DNA of 62,507 nt, filler included, from Nemertoderma westbladi (Eukaryota > Animalia > Xenacoelomorpha): the NCBI GenBank assembly GCA_032718475.1. It is 3 parts of 3 records of this genome, joined end to end, with 100 filler letters (N's around TTAATTAATTAA, not from the genome) between each part and the next. Parts side by side here need not be neighbours in the genome. Positions count along the whole stretch, not along the records: positions 1 to 29,900 come from JAUCBJ010003071.1; positions 30,001 to 48,026 come from JAUCBJ010007747.1; 1 more part is not named here. The stretch is one strand, 5' to 3'. Below, piece after piece: positions 23,701 to 35,431 of this stretch; within the stretch, counting starts at the first letter, position 1; each line of letters opens with the position of its first letter. The notes below the pieces were generated by a model. That model was not told the DNA's origin. It ran no database searches and worked only from the letters and a program-made list of their open reading frames with translations. Both the position numbers and the translations under genes were made by a program.

Positions 23701-26700
23701 TGTGAGAATGTAGCGGAGCAATGTGAGAATGTAGCAGAGCAATGTGAGAATGTAGCGGAGCAATGTGAGAATGTAGCGGAGCACCGTGAGAATGTAGCAA
23801 AGCAATGTGAGAACGTAGCAGAGCAATGTGAGAATGTAGCAGAGCAATGTGAGAATGTAGCGGAGCAATGTGAGAATGTAGCAGAGCAATGTGAGAATGT
23901 AGCGGAGCAATGTGAGAATGTAGCAGAGCACCGTGAGAATGTAGCAAAGCAATGTGAGAACGTAGAAGAGCACCGTGAGAATGTAGCAGAGCAATGTGAG
24001 AATGTAGCAGAGCAATGTGAGAATGTAGCAGAGCAATGTGAGAATGTAGCGGAGCAATGTGAGAACGTAGAAGAGCACCGTGAGAATGTAGCAGAGCAAT
24101 GTGAGAATGTAGCGGAGCAATGTGAGAACGTAGAAGAGCACCGTGAGAATGTAGCAGAGCAATGTGAGAATGTAGCAGAGCAATGTGAGAATGTAGCAGA
24201 GCAATGTGAGAATGTAGAAGAGCACCGTGAGAATGTAGCAGAGCAATGTGAGAATGTAGCAGAGCAATGTGAGAATGTAGCAGAGCAATGTGAGAATGTA
24301 GCAGAGCAATGTGAGAATGTAGCAGAGCAATGTGAGAATGTAGCAGAGCAATGTGAGAATGTAGCGGAGCAATGTGAGAATGAAGCAGAGCAATGTGAGA
24401 ACGTAGAAGAGCACCGTGAGAATGTAGCAGAGCAATGTGAGAATGTAGCAGAGCAATGTGAGAATGTAGCAGAGCAATGTGAGAATGTAGCAGAGCAATG
24501 TGAGAATGTAGCAGAGCAATGTGAGAATGTAGCAGAGCAATGTGAGAATGTAGCGGAGCAATGTGAGAATGTAGCAGAGCAATGTGAGAATGTAGCAGAG
24601 CAATGTGAGAATGTAGCAGAGCAATGTGAGAATGTAGAAGAGCACCGTGAGAATGTAGCAGAGCAATGTGAGAATGTAGCGGAGCAATGTGAGAACGTAG
24701 AAGAGCACCGTGAGAATGTAGCAGAGCAATGTGAGAATGTAGCAGAGCAATGTGAGAATGTAGCAGAGCAATGTGAGAATGTAGAAGAGCACCGTGAGAA
24801 TGTAGCAGAGCAATGTGAGAATGTAGCAGAGCAATGTGAGAATGTAGCGGAGCAATGTGAGAATGTAGCGGAGCAATGTGAGAATGTAGCAGAGCAATGT
24901 GAGAATGTAGCAGAGCACCGTGAGAATGTAGCAGAGCAATGTGAGAATGTAGCAGAGCAATGTGAGAATGTAGCAGAGCACCGTGAGAATGTAGCAGAGC
25001 AATGTGAGAATGTAGCAGAGCACCGTGAGAATGTAGCAGAGCAATGTGAGAATGTAGCAGAGCAATGTGAGAATGTAGCAGAGCAATGTGAGAATGTAGC
25101 GGAGCAATGTGAGAATGTAGCAGAGCAATGTGAGAATGTAGCAGAGCAATGTGAGAATGTAGCAGAGCAATGTGAGAATGTAGCAGAGCACCGTGGAAAT
25201 GTAGCAGAGCAATGTGAGAATGAAGCAGAGCAATGTGAGAATGTAGCAGAGCAATGTGAGAATGTAGCGGAGCAATGTGAGAATGTAGCGGAGCAATGTG
25301 AGAATGTAGCAGAGCAATGTGAGAATGTAGCAGAGCAATGTGAGAATGTAGCAGAGCAATGTGAGAATGTAGAAGAGCACCGTGGAAATGTAGCAGAGCA
25401 ATGTGAGAATGTAGCAGAGCACCGTGAGAATGTAGCAGAGCACCGTGGAAATGTAGCAGAGCAATGTGAGAATGTAGCGGAGCAATGTGAGAATGTAGCA
25501 GAGCAATGTGAGAATGTAGCAGAGCACCGTGAGAATGTAGCAGAGCACCGTGAGAATGTAGCAGAGCACCGTGAGAATGTAGCAGAGCACCGTGGAAATG
25601 TAGCAGAGCAATGTGAGAATGTAGCAGAGCAATGTGAGAATGTAGCAGATCAATGTGAGAATGTAGCAGAGCACCGTGAGAACGTAGCAGAGCACCGTGA
25701 GAATGTAGCAGAGCACCGTGGAAATGTAGCAGAGCAATGTGAGAATGTAGCAGAGCAATGTGAGAATGTAGCGGAGCAATGTGAGAATGTAGCGGAGCAA
25801 TGTGAGAATGTAGCAGAGCAATGTGAGAATGTAGCAGAGCACCGTGAGAATGTAGCAGAGCACCGTGGAAATGTAGCAGAGCAATGTGAGAATGTAGCAG
25901 AGCAATGTGAGAATGTAGAAGAGCACCGTGAGAATGTAGCAGAGCAATGTGAGAATGTAGCAGAGCAATGTGAGAATGTAGCGGAGCAATGTGAGAATGT
26001 AGCGGAGCAATGTGAGAATGTAGCAGAGCAATGTGAGAATGTAGCAGAGCACCGTGAGAATGTAGCAGAGCAATGTGAGAATGTAGAAGAGCACCGTGAG
26101 AATGTAGCAGAGCAATGTGAGAATGTAGCAGAGCAATGTGAGAATGTAGCGGAGCAATGTGAGAATGTAGCGGAGCAATGTGAGAATGTAGCAGAGCAAT
26201 GTGAGAATGTAGCAGAGCACCGTGAGAATGTAGCAGAGCAATGTGAGAATGTAGAAGAGCACCGTGAGAATGTAGCAGAGCAATGTGAGAATGTAGCAGA
26301 GCAATGTGAGAATGTAGCGGAGCAATGTGAGAATGTAGCGGAGCAATGTGAGAATGTAGCAGAGCAATGTGAGAATGTAGCAGAGCACCGTGAGAATGTA
26401 GCAGAGCAATGTGAGAATGTAGCGGAGCAATGTGAGAATGTAGCAGATCAATGTGAGAATGTAGCAGAGCACCGTGAGAACGTAGCAGAGCACCGTGAGA
26501 ATGTAGCAGAGCACCGTGGAAATGTAGCAGAGCAATGTGAGAATGTAGCAGAGCAATGTGAGAATGTAGCGGAGCAATGTGAGAATGTAGCGGAGCAATG
26601 TGAGAATGTAGCAGAGCAATGTGAGAATGTAGCAGAGCACCGTGAGAATGTAGCAGAGCACCGTGGAAATGTAGCAGAGCAATGTGAGAATGTAGCAGAG

Positions 26701-27498
26701 CAATGTGAGAATGTAGAAGAGCACCGTGAGAATGTAGCAGAGCAATGTGAGAATGTAGCAGAGCAATGTGAGAATGTAGCGGAGCAATGTGAGAATGTAG
26801 CGGAGCAATGTGAGAATGTAGCAGAGCAATGTGAGAATGTAGCAGAGCACCGTGAGAATGTAGCAGAGCAATGTGAGAATGTAGAAGAGCACCGTGAGAA
26901 TGTAGCAGAGCAATGTGAGAATGTAGCAGAGCAATGTGAGAATGTAGCGGAGCAATGTGAGAATGTAGCGGAGCAATGTGAGAATGTAGCAGAGCAATGT
27001 GAGAATGTAGCAGAGCACCGTGAGAATGTAGCAGAGCAATGTGAGAATGTAGAAGAGCACCGTGAGAATGTAGCAGAGCAATGTGAGAATGTAGCAGAGC
27101 AATGTGAGAATGTAGCGGAGCAATGTGAGAATGTAGCGGAGCAATGTGAGAATGTAGCAGAGCAATGTGAGAATGTAGCAGAGCACCGTGAGAATGTAGC
27201 AGAGCAATGTGAGAATGTAGAAGAGCACCGTGAGAATGTAGCAAAGCAATGTGAGAACGTAGCAGAGCACCGTGAGAATGTAGCGGAGCAATGTGAGAAT
27301 GTAGCAGAGCAATGTGAGAATGTAGCATATCAATGTGAGAACGTAGCAGAGCACCGTGAGAATGTAGCGGAGCAATGTGAGAATGTAGCAGAGCAATGTG
27401 AGAATGTAGCGGAGCAATGTGAGAATGTAGCATATCAATGTGAGAATGTCGCAGAGCACCGTGAGAATGTAGCAGAGCACCATGAAAATGTAGCAGAG
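11736..27498. repeat. 21-bp minisatellite array, ~750 copies (consensus GAGAATGTAGCAGAGCAATGT, main variant ending CACCGT)
   Basis: Continuous 21-nt periodicity over 15.76 kb with a small set of variants, diverged units at both edges, and one 1-nt insertion at 17414-17415. Confidence 0.99.
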
Positions 27499-27499
27499 T

Positions 27500-27593
27500 A
27501 CCACCCACCCAGCCCACCCACCCACCCACCCAGCCCACCCACCCACCCACCCACCCAAACACCCACCCACTCACCCACCCACCCACCCACCCC
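27500..27593. repeat. (CCCA)n microsatellite; G-quadruplex-prone (TGGG)n on the minus strand
   Basis: Directly visible, abutting the end of the 21-bp array. Confidence 0.95.
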
Positions 27594-27879
27594 TTTTTTT
27601 TGTAATAATTTACATTTCATTAATTTATTTTTTTATCTAATCACATTATTAAATAACGAAGCATAGAAATAATACTAAGATTGAATATTGAATTGAAGGT
27701 ACAGTACTGAATTGAATATTTGAGATTGCATAAGATAGAGTATTGAATATCTTCGGCCGTCATCCCGTTGGTGACTCCATTTGGAACCATTTCGACAGTT
27801 TCGATTGGTTTCGGCTCTTCAGTCCCCGAATAGACCGATGGTCGGCGTGGTTGCTGTCCCCATGACTGAGGCTGCAATA

Positions 27880-29634
27880 AGCCCCGTTCACATCTAACGG
27901 TGCGTGAGCGGTAAAGTTGTCTGGCGGTATTGAAGCGGTAAGCCAGCGGTACACTACCCGGAGGCTATTAATAAATATTTATTTATTAATAATTAGAATG
28001 GCAGTAACTATGGAAGCAATACACTAAAATACTGCACTGCAATTTATTTTGTAACACTATATCGCTAGATATGTTTTAGTAGAGAATTGAGGAACAAAAA
28101 AGTAACAATTTAATAATAAAATTACGTATTTTACGTGCAATTATGAGGGAAAAAAACGTAGAAAATTTTTTTTCAATATTATCTCGACCCTTTATTAACC
28201 CCACTGGCGATCGGTAAATAAAATTCCTCAAGAATAGTGAAAAAAAAGTTATACTTGTTCTTAAGTAATTAATAATTATCATATTAATAAGTATTATTTT
28301 TTAATTGTAATAATTTGGTTTCATCTTGCTACATTATGTCAACTCCTCTTAGATCTAGTTTTGTTTAAACTTTCTCGTCATTTGCAAATCATCAATACAA
28401 TTAACAGAGAACAATTATTAGATTCCAGAACATATTTTCGGCAAATTAAACAATTTATTATTACGGATATGTAATATTATTGTGCATTCAGAATGCTGAC
28501 AATTTGGCGTAATATAGCAAGACTAAGATCCTTATACATATTATAAATATTGTAATGTGTTTGTTTGGCCGTACTAATTATTATTATATAATTTAATTAT
28601 ATTGCATATATTATATGTATTTTTATATTATATTACTAATTATTAAAACCATATAAATGTTCATGTTCAAATATGCAAATCTCCTCATACTTTTATTTTG
28701 GTATCTTATATATTACTTGCTATGGAACATAAGTTCGTCGAATTCGAATCCAATATCATGCAGTATTTAACTGATTACTGTCTCTTGTACCATCAACTCA
28801 ACACAGGGGGGTGATGGGAGATATGTTTCATTCATTTCAAATAATATATGCAGAGGCTGTATTATAGGCCTAGATAACAGATTGGACTACAGCATGGCCT
28901 ACTATATATATATATACTACTATATACTACTATATATATATACTATATACTATATATATATACTACTATATAGTAGGCCATGACTACAGGTACTGCAGTA
29001 CTGTACACTGTACTGCTGTAGGTGTACAGTATGTAACAGGCACAGGCAGATTTTATGTTTTATACCAGTCAGCTCAGCCTGGTGCAACTTTGAAGAGCCG
29101 GCGTAAGATTTTCGCCTGGTACAGCATTTTACATTACACAGAGTCGGCGCAGGAGTTTTTGCACCCGGCACCCGGCGTGGTTTTGCACAGGGTCGAGTCG
29201 GCGCAGGATTTTTTGCACCCGGCACCCGGCGTGGTTTTGCACAGAGCCGGCGCTGGATTTTTTGCACCCGGCGTGGTATTGCACAGAGCCGGCCCAGGAT
29301 TTTTTGCACCCGGCGCCGCGTTCAGGCGTTCGGCGCAGGTAATACAACTTTTCAATAGGGCCCGGAGGCCGGAGCCCGTTCTGCCGTTCACACCCAACCA
29401 GCAGCCAACCAGCCAAGGGTACCGTTGCGGTAACTGATTGTCTATCTGTCGACTGTGCATTCAACAGTAAATTACATGAATTGTTTTAACATTGTTTAAA
29501 TGGGCTGCGGTAAACCGCGCGGTTTAGCGCACACCTACATCAACATCATACATGTTGGGTCGTTCACAGTCAGCGGTGTACCGCTGACCCTGCGGTACAC
29601 GGGGTGTACCGTTCCGTTGGATGTGAACGGGCCT
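27880..29634. mobile_element. Non-autonomous TIR element, PIF/Harbinger-like
   Basis: Termini AGCCCCGTTCACATCTAACGG and CCGTTGGATGTGAACGGGCCT, sub-terminal GCGGTA/TACCGC motifs, flanks ATA / TTA (imperfect TWA TSD). Confidence 0.6.
29095..29345. repeat. GC-rich ~44-58-bp tandem repeat (GCACAGAGCCGGCGCAGGATTTTTTGCACCCGGCGTGG), probably a TE sub-terminal array
   Basis: Four to five imperfect copies. Explains the short repetitive ORFs at 28950-29464. Confidence 0.8.
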
Positions 29635-29900
29635 TTACCAACCCAAATTGCCATCTCCAGGCGCTGGAGCAGAAACTGGTGTGACCGCGGTTCGTGGGTG
29701 GCACTGTGGAGACGAGCCCCGATCTCCCGGAGGAAGGTGGATGTCTCTGGCTGTCTGGACCGGGGCGGCCAAAGGTCTCAAAGGCCACGGGGTGAAAGAT
29801 ATGGCCCCGGTCCATTAGGTCAGTCGGGCACTTTTGCAAATTTGGCATTAGTCCAAATTTGTACTTTTTGATGCCAAATTTCAACTAAGTCCAAATTTGT

Positions 29901-30000
29901 NNNNNNNNNNNNNNNNNNNNNNNNNNNNNNNNNNNNNNNNNNNNTTAATTAATTAANNNNNNNNNNNNNNNNNNNNNNNNNNNNNNNNNNNNNNNNNNNN
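29901..30000. other. Assembly gap with artificial TTAATTAATTAA linker
   Basis: 100-nt N block with the linker at 29945-29956, which places stop codons in all six frames. Confidence 0.97.
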
Positions 30001-32012
30001 ACTCGGCTCTAACGATCCTAGAGTAAACCTACGATCAGAGTCCCGGAATACTCGGTCAAACCTCCTCATTCCTTAGTTGGACCTCAGACCTGCGATCCTG
30101 GTGGTGTCGCGGATCCTCGCGGACGGTATTCACTGTTCAAAGATCTAGTGCTACCCTAACAATTAATCGGTAACACTCCGACAGTGATTTCTAGCTAGCC
30201 GCCCATCTTACCTAGCCGGATTGTGACGCGGACACCTAATATCACTATCCAACCGTATGGTCGTCCCCGTTTAACGCGATACAACCCCTCATCAAGGTGA
30301 AGGAGAGCTTTGTACGAAACGAGTTAAACGCTATTCTATAAAGATCAAAAGAGAAACCTGCGTTTGTTCAGATAAACGTAAGTTATAACAGTAAGTCCAG
30401 TCGATAAACGAATTGGCCTTATCTCAATTCGATTGGGAAATCCAGAATCTCTAAGAAGTTATCGAACTTGGACGATCCTATTCTCTGCGAGAGTTTTTGG
30501 ATGAACGTATCCAGCTACGAGCGGAGGAAAATCAGCTCGAGGAGAAGCATATCGAAACGGCGGATACCCCGACCACAATCCTACACCTTCTGATGCAATC
30601 ATATTGCACCCTTCACCCAGGAGTTATGGCCCTCCTAGTAAAGTGGCTCCCCCCAAAGAGAAAAAGACTCTTGCTAGCCTCAAAAAACTGCGTAAACGCC
30701 GTCTGCGTAAGAAAGACTAACTGTTTAGAGTATCTTTATGTTTTAGAAACTGTGATTTTTATATTTTATAGACTGAAAATCCCATTTTCTGGGAGCGGTG
30801 TAAAAGCTTTTACTGAATTGTCCGGTTATTTTTCCTTATTTTTCCCGTAAAGTACTCTGTAGTTGGTTTACCAGGCATAAAAAGGCCGTGTCCTTGCTGT
30901 ACTGGTGTTTTAGCGGACATAAGAGCTATTTCTTCTGTATTTGTACTTTAGAGGACATAATCCGTAATTCCGTGACGTAAAAGCTCGATACTCTTGAAAA
31001 CAGTGTCGCTACCATGACGACAGCTAGCAGCTGATATTGCCACGTCGACGTTTCTTTGTTTCTCTGTTCTCTCGTTGTTCAGGTTGACCAATCAGAGCGT
31101 TTGTTGTCTTTGTGTTGGAGGTATATACAGAAACTCAGTAGTTCAGTGTTATGTTTTTTGCCCAGAGCCTAAGAACCGGCTTTGGCACCTCCGTGTTTTA
31201 GTTTTTAGTCTTACACTAGTAGGTTTAATTATAAAGGGCATATATCCTTTAACTACCTGACTCATGGAATCACTGCTAACTGATCATACATACTGACTGC
31301 TGAAACATTGCAAACTCATAACAATCAGTGTTTTCATTGTTGTTTTATACTGCTATTTACCGTCGGTTCTTCATAATATGGTTGATGAGTAATTATATTT
31401 GGAATAACGATAAATAACCCCGAAACCCAATATTCTTGATATACCGAAGGTAAGAGAGAAGGGTTACAGATAAACGATTGTGACTTATGTTAAAGTGGTT
31501 TGAAGTGAATCTAATGTTATTTGATAGACCCTACATGAGTCAGTCTGTGTTCCTTTTATATGTGACTAAAATCAGTGAAGATTGGCAGATTAGTGTGCAG
31601 TATTGTGCAGCATTGTGTATGAGTGAGTCTGTTAAAGAAGCATTCCTAAAGAATGCGCCATATATGTGAATTATAATTAAGCCATATCGTTGTGAGTAGT
31701 TTAAGTCATAACTCTGTTTATATAGATAAAGCGCCACGTCCTAAATGAACTGTTAATATTCCCGAAGGTAAATAATATTGTCAGAGATTATATAATACTG
31801 TCAGTCGAATAATACATTAGGCTTACATAGCAATAAAATTAAACCGTCGAACCCAATCTCCCGGGAATATCCAGCGGGTGAATGGTCGCGCACGGATTGG
31901 TTTCGACTAGTGTAGTGAATCAAATACTTGTCATAGACTAAAAACAGATTTAATATATAGAAGACATCTTAATTTGGTGGGTTAAACTGCCAAAGGTCTG
32001 AAAGCGCGAACA
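30001..32012 (+). mobile_element. BEL/Pao-like LTR retrotransposon, 3' part of a rearranged copy (3' LTR 30799-32012)
   Basis: ~30557-32012 is homologous to ~49880-51382. Purine tract GGGAGCGG is followed by TGTAAAAGC, and the LTR ends GCGCGAACA. Sequence upstream of ~30557 differs from the other copy and has stops. Confidence 0.8.
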
Positions 32013-32309
32013 GACTCTTGTATAAAGTTCCCCGTTGTTTTCTATCCCTATGTTCAAATCGAGATAATTAATATCTGTATATGAATATTCAACTAAAACT
32101 AATGGCGTTCGTATCGTATAGCTCATTGCACATCGAGTTCAGGGTACCCTAGACTTGCAACATCACCAATCTGCACTGATCTTAGCATAAGATCTTTATA
32201 TGTCTTGGTAAGATCTTGGCACCTTTGGTCTATGATCTTAGCAGGGTTGGTAACGATCAGTGCAGATCTTTGCAGGATTGGTAAGACCACGGCTTATCTC
32301 TGGAGTTTT

Positions 32310-32475
32310 AGCTCATATTTTCATACATATTTTCAACATATTTTCGCTAGGCCAGAACTCTCGATTATTTATTAACTTCGCTCTGTGCTCGGTAAATAAA
32401 ATATCTCGAGTAGGCCTATACAGTAGTAGTGAAAATAATATTCTACATTATTTACCATACAATAAATAATTATTA
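32310..32475 (-). mobile_element. Degenerate 5'-hairpin (Crypton-like) element end
   Basis: Hairpin GGCC.GAACTCTCGATTATTTATTAAC-TTCGCTCTGTGCTCGG-TAAATAAAATATCTCGAGTAGGCC has the same design as families A and B. Confidence 0.4.
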
Positions 32476-32676
32476 CTATTACCACATTTGACATTGTAGG
32501 CTAATGACACGAAATATGAAAATGGCGAGGTCAGTACATGGTAATCGAATCGTCCAACTAGGCATCATCTTGGCAAGGGTTATCCTTTATCCAATATCAT
32601 CATCTCGATCGCCGTGTGTCTACTGTACTTCCATAGGTACCGCTACAATAGCGCGGTTCACGCAACACAGGGATCT

Positions 32677-33774
32677 TGTTAAAGCTTTTGCGGCAAAAAA
32701 GCAAATTTTTGCGCAAATACGCGAACTACTCTAAAACTGGCAATATCTCAAGAAATTTGAGAACGCATAAAACTTACGCCCTTTTATCGTTTATTTTGGT
32801 ATAGAGCTCTAGTGATGAAATCACCAGCCATTGGTCAGTATTTTCTTTGTCCCAAACCCTCTATGTTATTTGACCGGCCAATCAGCACAATTTTCACTTT
32901 GCGGATTCTTGAAACCTTGTTTACATATGAATATATCGCAATACGGCAAAAATCATTCATTCTGACTTCTGCCCTAGACCATGAGCTTCTAGAGTGTTAT
33001 AGATTATTGTAAATTATCTCTCTCTCGGTATTCTCTACTGCACTCCGCATTCAAATCTGCATTCTGACGTCTGCCATAATAAATGCGGCAAACATCTGAC
33101 TGCTGATTAACTGCCGGCACCACATATTTTATACTGTTATTCACTGTTGTTTGGTAACATATTAAATGGATGTTTATATTTGGAGAATACGTACGAATAT
33201 TCGATAATAATCCCAACTAACTTTCTTTATTATTACGAGGTAAGCAGAAGGGAACATTAGTAACAATTACTTTGGCTCAAATTATAGTGGTCTGTATGAA
33301 TTTATGCTATTTCATAACCCCAACGTAAGCGAGCTAATTTTCTCCTTATATATGAGTAAAATTGGTAACAGTCGGCAAATTAAAGTGTTTCAGTGAAGTG
33401 CAGTAAAGTGAGTGCGAGTGAATAATTCCACATTCCTAAAGAATATAAAACAGTGATAATCTATAACAACCGTTGTAATTAATGTAAGTCATAACTCTGT
33501 CTGATATTGAAAGCGCAGCATCTGAAAGGAACTGTTGATATTGCCCTGAAAGTAAACATAGTTTTTGGAGATTGTATAGTAGAGATCAATCGAATAATAC
33601 AAAGTAGCCTACATCTCTCTCGCCTATAGAATTCAGTCTCTCACACTGTGGGTTATACGCCGCGCTAGACTGGTTTCTACTGTGGTCATATTTTGTGCGG
33701 GCTGTCAGACAATATAAGACACATAAATTGATAAATTAACAGGTTAAACTGTTAAAGGTCTAAAAGCGCGAACA
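32677..33774 (+). mobile_element. Solo LTR of a diverged subfamily of the same BEL/Pao-like family
   Basis: Starts TGTTAAAGCTTTT and ends AAAGGTCTAAAAGCGCGAACA. Perfect 5-bp TSD GATCT at 32672-32676 and 33775-33779. Shares internal blocks (CATTCCTAAAGAAT, AAGTCATAACTCTGT, TCGAATAATAC) with the other two LTRs. Confidence 0.88.
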
Positions 33775-33942
33775 GATCTCATCCTTTTCGGCATACTGAG
33801 GAGCCGGCACAGCTTTAAATAATAATAAATGTAAAAAAAAAACACTCTTTTATTAATATGTAATATATAAAATGAAGTAAAAATGAGTACATTACCCACA
33901 GGAACACCTACAACAATAATTACACTACATAAAAAGGTCTCA

Positions 33943-34884
33943 GGTCTTTATATCCCAGGGGTCTTTATATCCCAAGGGTCTTTATATCCCACCCTAAAAA
34001 ATGGGTCTTTATATCCCAAGGGTCTTTATATCCCAGGGGTCGTTATATCCCACTTCTAAACTAAAATCGGGTCTTTATATCCCAGGGGTCTTTATATCCC
34101 AAGGGTCTTTATATCCCAGGGGGCTTTATATCCCACCAGTTATTCTGGGAGAATAAATTCTTTGGTGGGAAATTCAAACTTTTGGCTTGTGGTGGTAGCA
34201 CTGCTGTACAGTACTACTTACAGTACGGTGGAGGAGAGGGTGGACTAGGTGTTGGTGGAGGAGAGGGTGGACTAGGTGTTGGTGGAGGAGAAGGTGGACT
34301 AGGTGTTGGTGGAGGAGAGGGTGGACTAGGTGTTGGTGGCGGTGTGGGTGGACTAGGTGTTGGTGGAGGAGAGGGTGGACTAGATGTTGGTGGAGGAAAG
34401 GGTGGACTAGGTGTTGGTGGCGGTGTGGGTGGACTAGGTGTTGGTGGAGGAGAGGGTGGACTAGGTGTTGGTGGAGGAAAGGGTGGACTAGGTGTTGGTG
34501 ACAGGGTTTACCTTCAATTGTAAATATTTTAATAATTAATTTTTATCCTTAATTATTATACTACAGTAGTTATTGTTATATTTCCTCAGAAGTATATTTA
34601 TTGAAAAGTTGCGGGACCATTACAAAAAGGACCTACTGGATATAAAGCCCCCTGGGATATAAAGCCCCTTGGGATATAAAGCTCCTTGGGATATAAAGCC
34701 CCTTGGGATATAAAGACCCCTGGGATATAAAGACTCGCTTTTAGTGTAGAAATGGGATATAAAGACCCCTGGGATATAAAGACCCTTGGGATATAAAGAC
34801 CCATTTTTAAGGCTTTTTTTAAGATGGGATATAAAGACCCCTGGGATATAAAGACCCCTGGGATATAAAGACACCCAATCCATA
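33943..34884. mobile_element. Foldback/MITE-like element with arms of GGTCTTTATATCCCAG repeats
   Basis: Left arm 33943-34136 and inverted right arm 34638-34884. The right end finishes CCATA; a matching left terminus is not visible. Confidence 0.75.
34227..34500. repeat. 27-bp G-rich minisatellite (GGTGGAGGAGAGGGTGGACTAGGTGTT), ~10 copies
   Basis: Visible tandem array in the spacer of the foldback element. Confidence 0.95.
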
Positions 34885-35144
34885 AAAATACTGTAGTTGA
34901 GTCATAATTCAGTACCCAATGACATACGTTGGTAATAGCGTGGTATGGGTCGGCAGGGCCCCAGTATTAGGTGTGGGCTGGACATTGATGGGTATAATAA
35001 CCGGTATTATCCCGATATACTCGATGCATCATCGTTATGGCTCTGAATTGCATCGCTGGCCCGTGCCCAGATGATACCAAATAACTTCATATATACACAG
35101 TGGCGTGCCGAGGGTTGCTGGCGCCCCGGGTCAAAGCTTAAATA

Positions 35145-35176
<32 letters not shown>

Positions 35177-35431
35177 AAAATCAAAAGTAGCAATTGGTTA
35201 TTTGTGTTATATTTACAGTACTACTACTGTATGTACGTACACTCATTCACATAGATATATTATAGACATTCTAATACAAAGGTCCATGCCAATTTAGTTG
35301 TAAACAAATAACTCAAGTTAAAACCACACAAGCAACTAAAATACCTAGATACTTGTTTTACTAAGTCACTTGAAAAAAATTGGTTTTAAAATTCATTTTA
35401 ACTTAAAAATGTTGACTTCGAAGGTAAAACT

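Noticed and set aside
11736-27498. CRISPR-like array
   Set aside because: Units are contiguous with no unique spacers, there are no cas genes, and the context is eukaryotic.
11617-27586. Giant minus-strand ORFs (5317, 5319 and 1893 aa; YILTLLC, LHSHIAL and ATFSHCS repeats)
   Set aside because: By-products of a 21-bp unit that lacks TTA/CTA/TCA on the plus strand. They start in a TGGG microsatellite or inside the array, and the two longest end antisense within a LINE.
28950-29884. Cluster of 100-120-aa ORFs
   Set aside because: They derive from GC-rich tandem and sub-terminal TE repeats and show no protein motifs.
29945-29956. TTAATTAATTAA motif inside the gaps (also 48071-48082) as a biological site
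   Set aside because: Identical placement within 100-nt N blocks marks an artificial linker. Adjacency of the contigs across the gaps is therefore unproven.
34182-34523. Glycine-rich ORF (GGGEGGLGV repeats) as a cuticle or structural protein
   Set aside because: It is the translation of a 27-bp minisatellite inside a foldback element, with a non-ATG start and no signal peptide.
35099-35130. hAT-like terminus CAGTGGCGTG (other candidate ends at ~37443 and ~47708)
   Set aside because: No matching partner TIR with an 8-bp TSD could be established.
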